Shown: positions 26,349 through 32,000 of the stretch, piece by piece
Numbering within the stretch: position 1 is the first letter of the stretch
How the letters are laid out: each line of letters starts with the position of its first letter
NCBI RefSeq assembly: GCF_000341395.1
Contig: NC_020304.1
Coordinates: 1,710,001 to 1,742,000 of the forward strand
Length of the DNA stretch: 32,000 nucleotides
Direction: 5' to 3'
Source: Desulfocapsa sulfexigens DSM 10523
GTDB taxonomy: Bacteria; Desulfobacterota; Desulfobulbia; Desulfobulbales; Desulfocapsaceae
Made by a program: the position numbers and the translations under genes
The notes under the pieces: generated by a model
The model's input: the letters and a program-made list of their open reading frames with translations, nothing else
Told to the model about the DNA's origin: nothing
Databases searched by the model: none

Positions 26349-28607
26349 ATGCCCTCATTCCGCCTGCACACAATTCTTTTTGCAACCTTTGCTTCGATCA
26401 CCGTCCTTCTGACAGGTACGATCATCTTCTTCCATACCATGTCGATCAAAGAGCAGACAGCAAACGCGATTACCGAGTGGGGGAAATCAATCTCTCTAAG
26501 CGCTGCTCCTATTATTGTTGATTATATTCTTGAGGAAGATTACGCAGGGCTTGAGGAAGTTGTTCTTGGATACAGTACGACGCCATTAGTCCTCCATGCC
26601 CTTATAACAGATCCTGACGCCCTCATCCTTGCCGACTCTCAATTTTCAGAAATTGGAAACCACCTCCCCCTGCTTACCAGTGGGGCCTTTTTGCGACAGG
26701 ATGCCAAGGCCGATTCCTATGTTGAGCAGCAGGAAAACGCTTTTACAGTCACAACCCCTATCCTCTTCGAGGAGAAACTTTTCGGCTATGTCCATGTGAC
26801 CATATCCAAGAAGCTTTTTCTGGAACGCTCGCAGCTTCTCAAGAAGAAATCCATGCAGGCCGGAGCCTTCTGGGCTCTCCTCAGTCTCTTCTTTAGCTGG
26901 TTCCTGGCCGGGAGGCTAACCCGCTCACTGGAAATGATTGCAGGTTCCGCTACGCAGATAGCAGACGGTTCTTACCGTCTGGGGCCGAGACAAAAGGGAA
27001 TAGTGGAAATTGAAAATCTTTGTGACAGCCTGCAAAACATGTCTCTTACCCTTGAAGAAAGGGAGAATCGCCTCCTGACCGAACGGGAAAGATTGAGCGT
27101 CACCTTGAGAAGTATCGGCGATGCCGTTATCACTACGGATATCGATGGACAAATAACCCTGATGAACCGTGTGGCTGAAGCCCTCACTGGCTGGTCACAG
27201 GAGGAAGTACTGGGAACTTCTCTGGAGCAGGTTTTACGAATTACCGACAAGACAAGCGGAGAAGTTTGCGAGAGTCCTGTAAAAAAGGTGTTGAGCAGCG
27301 GTCTTGTTGAATATATTGACAACAAGACCCTCCTCACCGACAGGCAAAACAGGGAAAGAACCATCGCCGACAGTGCCGCCCCCATACGGGACAAGGATAG
27401 TAGAATCATCGGTGTTGTTATCGTGTTTCGTGACGTCACCGAACAACATATGCTGGAACAGGAAATCCTGAAGATGAAAAAGCTTGAATCCGTTGGTGTC
27501 CTCGCAGGTGGGATAGCTCATGACTTCAACAATATTCTTGCTGCCATTCTTGGGAACATCAATCTTGTCGCTCAGGATAAAGAGCTGGGAGAAAAGAGCA
27601 GAAAACTCCTGGATAGTGCGGAAAAGGCCTCCCTCAGGGCAAAAAATCTCACCCAGCAGCTCCTTACCTTTTCAAAGGGTGGAGAACCTGTCAAAGAGAC
27701 CTCATCTATTGCCGATATCATTCACGACTCCGCCGAATTCGTCCTGCACGGATCCAATGTCATCTGCAACTATACGATCCCCGAGGATCTTTGGTTGGTT
27801 GATGTGGATAAGGGGCAGATAGGCCAGGTTATTCAGAACATCATCCTCAATGGACGCCATGCGATGCCGGAAGGGGGAACCATTGAGGTGCATTGCGAAA
27901 ATATTTCCTCAGAGCAGATTCAGGGGACTCTCTACGCACCTGCGGCAGACTGCATTAGAATAAGGATCAAAGATACCGGAAAGGGTATTCCCAGCGACAT
28001 TATTGATCATATCTTTGATCCATTTTTCTCCACCAAACAAAAAGGGAGTGGACTGGGCCTGTCTATCTGCAGCTCAATCATCAAAAAACATAGTGGAATG
28101 ATTACAGTACAGTCAGTTCCTGGCAAGGGGACAGAGTTTATTGTCACCCTGCCAGCCTCTGGTAACGTTCAAAAGATTACCAAGGAACCGGTAACATCTA
28201 TTAAATCGCTCCCTGGCGCACGAGTCATGGTGATGGATGATGAAGAGTTGGTGTTGAATGTGGCTGAGGCGATGCTCACCACACTCGGTCAGGATGTTAT
28301 TCTGGTTCAGAATGGTTCTGAAGCATTAAAAGTGTACCAGGATCAGATGAAAAATGGAGCACCTGTGGATGTTGTTATCATGGACCTGACCATTCCAGGT
28401 GGCGTGGGGGGGAAAGAAGCAGTGCAGGACATCCTTGCTATAGATCCGGAGGCTCGTGTCATTGTCTCAAGCGGCTATTCCAACGATCCAATTATGGCCA
28501 ACTGGAGCCAGTACGGCTTTATCGCAGCACTGACCAAACCCTTTCAATTGGCTGACCTGGCTAAAGTGCTGGGCATGGCCCTGCAAGGAAGAGAAAAAAG
28601 GAGTTGA
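26349..28607 (+). CDS. Hybrid PAS sensor histidine kinase with C-terminal receiver
   Basis: PAS 'DIDGQITLMNRVAEALTGWSQEEVLG', HisKA 'LAGGIAHDFNNILAAILGNINL', HATPase 'GSGLGLSICSSIIKKH', receiver 'VVIMDLTIPGGVGGKEAV'. Confidence 0.93.
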   Translation: MPSFRLHTILFATFASITVLLTGTIIFFHTMSIKEQTANAITEWGKSISLSAAPIIVDYILEEDYAGLEEVVLGYSTTPLVLHALITDPDALILADSQFSEIGNHLPLLTSGAFLRQDAKADSYVEQQENAFTVTTPILFEEKLFGYVHVTISKKLFLERSQLLKKKSMQAGAFWALLSLFFSWFLAGRLTRSLEMIAGSATQIADGSYRLGPRQKGIVEIENLCDSLQNMSLTLEERENRLLTERERLSVTLRSIGDAVITTDIDGQITLMNRVAEALTGWSQEEVLGTSLEQVLRITDKTSGEVCESPVKKVLSSGLVEYIDNKTLLTDRQNRERTIADSAAPIRDKDSRIIGVVIVFRDVTEQHMLEQEILKMKKLESVGVLAGGIAHDFNNILAAILGNINLVAQDKELGEKSRKLLDSAEKASLRAKNLTQQLLTFSKGGEPVKETSSIADIIHDSAEFVLHGSNVICNYTIPEDLWLVDVDKGQIGQVIQNIILNGRHAMPEGGTIEVHCENISSEQIQGTLYAPAADCIRIRIKDTGKGIPSDIIDHIFDPFFSTKQKGSGLGLSICSSIIKKHSGMITVQSVPGKGTEFIVTLPASGNVQKITKEPVTSIKSLPGARVMVMDDEELVLNVAEAMLTTLGQDVILVQNGSEALKVYQDQMKNGAPVDVVIMDLTIPGGVGGKEAVQDILAIDPEARVIVSSGYSNDPIMANWSQYGFIAALTKPFQLADLAKVLGMALQGREKRS

Positions 28608-28734
28608 CCCCTGTGTTACCGTATGTGCTGAAGCTGACAGTTCGGATGTGGACAACAACCAAAACATGTCCTTCCCCATGGGCTCTTTTAAATTGTTGCC
28701 ATAAGGGCCACACTTTTTTTCCGCTGGAGTCATT

Positions 28735-29175
28735 ATGTTAATTCTTTTACGGATAGTAAAGAGAAGCACGAGTGCAATGCGTTACGGCCTTTTTCTCATG
28801 CTTTTTGTTTCCTCACAGATCTGTGTAGCCACGACCCTTTATGCGGAGGGGATTGCCATTACCAATCTACGAATGGTGTTTGATAATGGCAAGTCTGTTT
28901 TAAGCATTGAGCCCGGTGGGATGGTACAGGCCTATGCCATTATTAAATGACGTGGAACAGGAGTGCTTGAGGGGCAATGGAGAGTGAATGATCGTCTGCT
29001 CTCTCGTGTGCAGAAGCAATTGAACGGTTCACGTTCTTATACTGTGTCTACAGCACGGGTGCCTCCACTGCCTACAGAGCGGATGGGATCCTACCGACTT
29101 GAATTTATTATCACCGTACCTGCTGGCTCCCATAGGGAGCAGCTGGTGATCTATCATGTCATGGGGAAGCCCTGA
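28735..29175 (+). pseudogene. Small exported protein gene interrupted by an in-frame TGA
   Basis: 28735-28950 and 28963-29175 are in the same frame, with TGA at 28948-28950: '...MVQAYAIIK*RGTGVLEGQWRVNDRLLSRVQKQLNGSRSYTV...'. Confidence 0.55.
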
Positions 29176-29281
29176 AAGATTTCTAAACCTCTCCAGAGCT
29201 ACATTAACAGCGAGTGCAGGGAGAATGCTGTGTGGGAATTGGCAAAACTCTCAGCTGCTGGGTTCTCCATAAACTATTTTT

Positions 29282-29911
29282 TTAAATAATCCCTTTTTTT
29301 CTAGCCTTTGAGAGGGCGTCTTTTCTGTTTTTGGCGTGGAGTTTTTCGTAAATTTTTTTGATATGAGAGTGGATGGTATGGGGACTGATGAACAGTATTT
29401 TTCCTAGTTCTTTATAGGTGTACCCCTGTTCCATTCCTTTCAGTATCTCTTTTTCCCTGGAGGTGAGAAGGAATGGTTCATCAACTGTATTGTCCTGGAA
29501 TTCATTGATCACAGCCCTTGCAATCTTCGGGCTCATCGGTGCGCCACCGGCTGCCAGTCCCCGTATAGCCTCCACCAGTTCTCGTGGCGTTGCCCCTTTC
29601 AGGATATAGCCGGAAGCACCTGCTTTTAGGGCTGAGAAAACAGTGTCACGGTTATCAAAAACTGTATGCACCAGGATATCCAGATCGGGACGTTCTGTTT
29701 TGATCTGTGAAATGAGGTCTATTCCTGACATTCCGGGTAGACCAATGTCAGCCAGGAGGAGATCGTAAGGAACAGAGTCAAGTTCTTCCAGAGTCTCTTC
29801 ACCGGTGGCAAAACTTGCCGTCACTGTAAAGCCAGGTTCTCCCACCAGCATCAGTTCCAAGTTTTCCCGCAGCATGGGATTATCTTCAACGATCACTATT
29901 TTTATACCCAT
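29282..29911 (-). CDS. NarL/FixJ-family response regulator
   Basis: Receiver 'DLLLADIGLPGMSGIDLISQI'; HTH 'LTSREKEILKGMEQGYTYKELGKILFISPHTIHSHIKKIYEKL'. Confidence 0.93.
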   Translation of the reverse strand: MGIKIVIVEDNPMLRENLELMLVGEPGFTVTASFATGEETLEELDSVPYDLLLADIGLPGMSGIDLISQIKTERPDLDILVHTVFDNRDTVFSALKAGASGYILKGATPRELVEAIRGLAAGGAPMSPKIARAVINEFQDNTVDEPFLLTSREKEILKGMEQGYTYKELGKILFISPHTIHSHIKKIYEKLHAKNRKDALSKARKKGII

Positions 29912-29946
29912 CGTGATTTTCCTGTCTTTTTTTAGAGTAGGCTTTG

Positions 29947-32000
29947 TTAATCATCCTGTTCCTCGGACAATAGTGGTGGTGAAGCTGTGTTTAGCGGGAT
30001 CACCAGACTGATACTTGTCCCGTTTGTTCCATTGATAGCCAGCTTGCCGCCTAGTTGTACAACTCTATTCTTAATGTTGGGCAGCCCCCGACCCTGTCGT
30101 TTTTTTTGCAATAAGCCACTTCCGTTATCTTTTAGACTGCAATGAAGATTATCTTGCCCTACTTGCAGGGAGAGGTGAATTTCTTTTGCATTGGCGTGAC
30201 GAATGATATTGGTCATTCCTTCTTTTACAATTTTAAAGAGATTGAGTGCTAGAAGGACTGAGGGGCCAGGCACATCCTCCTGAATATCAGATTTCTTGAT
30301 GAATTGTAATTGATGGGACTCAGCAGCCTTGGCACAATACTGATGCAGGTCGGCAAAAAGACTTTCCCAGGTAACCGCCTTGGCGTCCAGGATATCCATA
30401 AAACTGCGGATCTCAAGTATCGAATCGTCACATATGTCGCTGATGTTTTTGAGAATGGTTTCTGTAGGTTGGGTAATGGTTCCATCAACAACCATCTGAG
30501 AGAGGAGTTTGATGTTTACCAGACTACCGCCGACTCCATCGTGGAGATCTTGAACCAGTTGTTTTTTGAGTTCGATACTTCGGTTTCGTTCACTGGTATC
30601 ACGGAGAATGGCAACGGTATGGACTTCTTTATTAATAGTAACCGGTGACAGGGTTACTTCCACCGTGCAATGTTTTCCCTGTTCATTGATAATCTCGAGT
30701 TCAACAGGATCTTTTCTGTTTTGCAGGGGGCGGGCAGAAAATTTCACCAAATCCCTTTGATCCCATGAAATTCCGGTCAGGTCATGGACATTTTTCCCCC
30801 CTTGCCTCCTCACTGGCAAGGGCGAAAAAATCTTCAGCTGCAGGATTGAGATAGGAAATCTCTCTTTTTTCGTTGATGAGGATAATGGCATCACTGGCCG
30901 CATTCGTGATGATACGGTACATTTTTTCCTGGGCACGGAGCTTTTCACTGTAGTTGGCAATGGACTGTTTCATTCGTTTGAAACCATCTGCTGTTTCCTG
31001 CAGTTCAGTAAAAACTGAGTTGAGAGTACAGTCAACCTGCAGATCCTGGTCTTCAATGGCCCGGGCCTCTTGCTGCAGACATTTGATTGGAGCAATAATA
31101 GCCCTGGCAAAACGAAAAGCAAGGATGGATGCGATGAGTGAGAGCAATACCGTGGCGATAAGATTAGTACGCCTGTTTGACCGTATCTTCCCAAGATAAT
31201 CTTCTTCCGGAAGGTACATGGCAACGATCCAGTCCAGTTCTGTTCCCGGAAAGGGAGTAAACATGGCCACAAAATCTTGCTTTTGAGCAGTGAAAGAAGT
31301 GAAGACTGGTTTTTTGAGATCGAAGAGAGATTCTGGCGCGATCTGATTGTTTACAGCTGCCATGGCCTTGCCGGTTTTTCCTACGCGGAGTTTGCCTACA
31401 AAGGACGATAGCTCCTTGAGGTCTATGTCAACACCAATAACACCTTTGAGGCTGTTGTCCTCCCAGTAAGAAGGTCCGGCAATAGTGACTCCTGGTTGTT
31501 TGGAGGTATAGAAGATATAGGGATCGGTCCAGCCTATTGCACGACTCTGCACTGCCTGTTTATACCAGGGGTGCTTGCGGGGGTCATAGGGGTCGGCTGG
31601 TGTTTGCTCGCGTTGTAATTCGCGGAAATTTTCATCTCGCCAGATCAGCATGACGCTTCTTTCTCTTTCATTGTGTCTGATTATCTTTGTCCTGAATCCA
31701 TTTTTTTTTTTGGCTTCGTTGCGACTCACGTAATAAAAAGAACCGTCAGGAGTCCCAAGATATATCCCGGCCAGGTGGGGGTGGATCTTTAGCTGATCAA
31801 AAAAATAACGCTCAAGAGAGCTTATGGTAAGCGTTCCAGTATTGAAAACGTTTGCACTGAGCAACTGTTTGGTGAGGGTGACGGCACCCTTTGCTTTTTC
31901 CAGATGATTATAGGACTGCTCCAAGGTGAAGTCGGAAATATTATCCATGATATCATGGGCATGACTATAAAATGTCTTCTCTGACAGAAGATAAAAGGAT
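29947..32000 (-). CDS. Sensor histidine kinase (Cache-like sensor, PAS, HisKA_3-type, HATPase), frameshifted; 5' end outside window
   Basis: ORF 30782-31948 carries the sensor and PAS start and is open to the window edge. ORF 29947-30960 carries 'LKKQLVQDLHDGVGGSLVNIKLLSQ' and 'QGRGLPNIKNRVVQLGGKL'. They join across the homopolymer run at 30791-30801. Confidence 0.82.

Noticed and set aside
1-32000. CRISPR array, transposase, integrase, phage, toxin-antitoxin or tRNA/rRNA genes
   Set aside because: None recognised by eye: no regularly spaced repeats, no transposase or integrase motifs, and no cloverleaf-like sequence identified. A tRNAscan, CRISPR-finder or covariance-model search would be needed to be certain.

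Overview
The window comes from what looks like an anaerobic, cytochrome-rich deltaproteobacterial (Desulfobulbales-like) chromosome; this taxonomy is inferred from gene style only. The centrepiece is a nearly complete C-P lyase operon on the + strand, about 6.1-16.4 kb: phnC-phnD-phnE-phnG-phnH-phnI-phnJ-phnK-phnL-phnM, then a hexapeptide-repeat transferase, phnN, and a DUF1045-like protein. No phnP, phnF or phnO is visible. Upstream are an ECF sigma factor with a partial anti-sigma-like partner, a divergent thiol peroxidase gene, and a two-gene cytochrome-bd-like membrane complex whose second subunit ends in an eight-CxxCH multihaem domain. Downstream are a decayed ACR3 arsenite transporter, a Do-family protease, a MORN-repeat lipoprotein, an ABC-F ATPase, and a signalling region. 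The signalling region holds two hybrid kinases flanking a PhnD-like binding protein, then a NarL-type regulator next to a frameshifted kinase. The strongest leads are: (1) the DUF1045-like protein carries two HxTL motifs of the 2H phosphoesterase type and is a candidate replacement for the missing PhnP; (2) the bd-like/multihaem complex; (3) the PhnD-like protein between two kinases; (4) a small Cys-rich ORF with a strong Shine-Dalgarno; (5) several hairpins or dyads in leaders and intergenic gaps; (6) two interrupted reading frames. All calls come from reading the sequence by eye. No database search or folding program was run.
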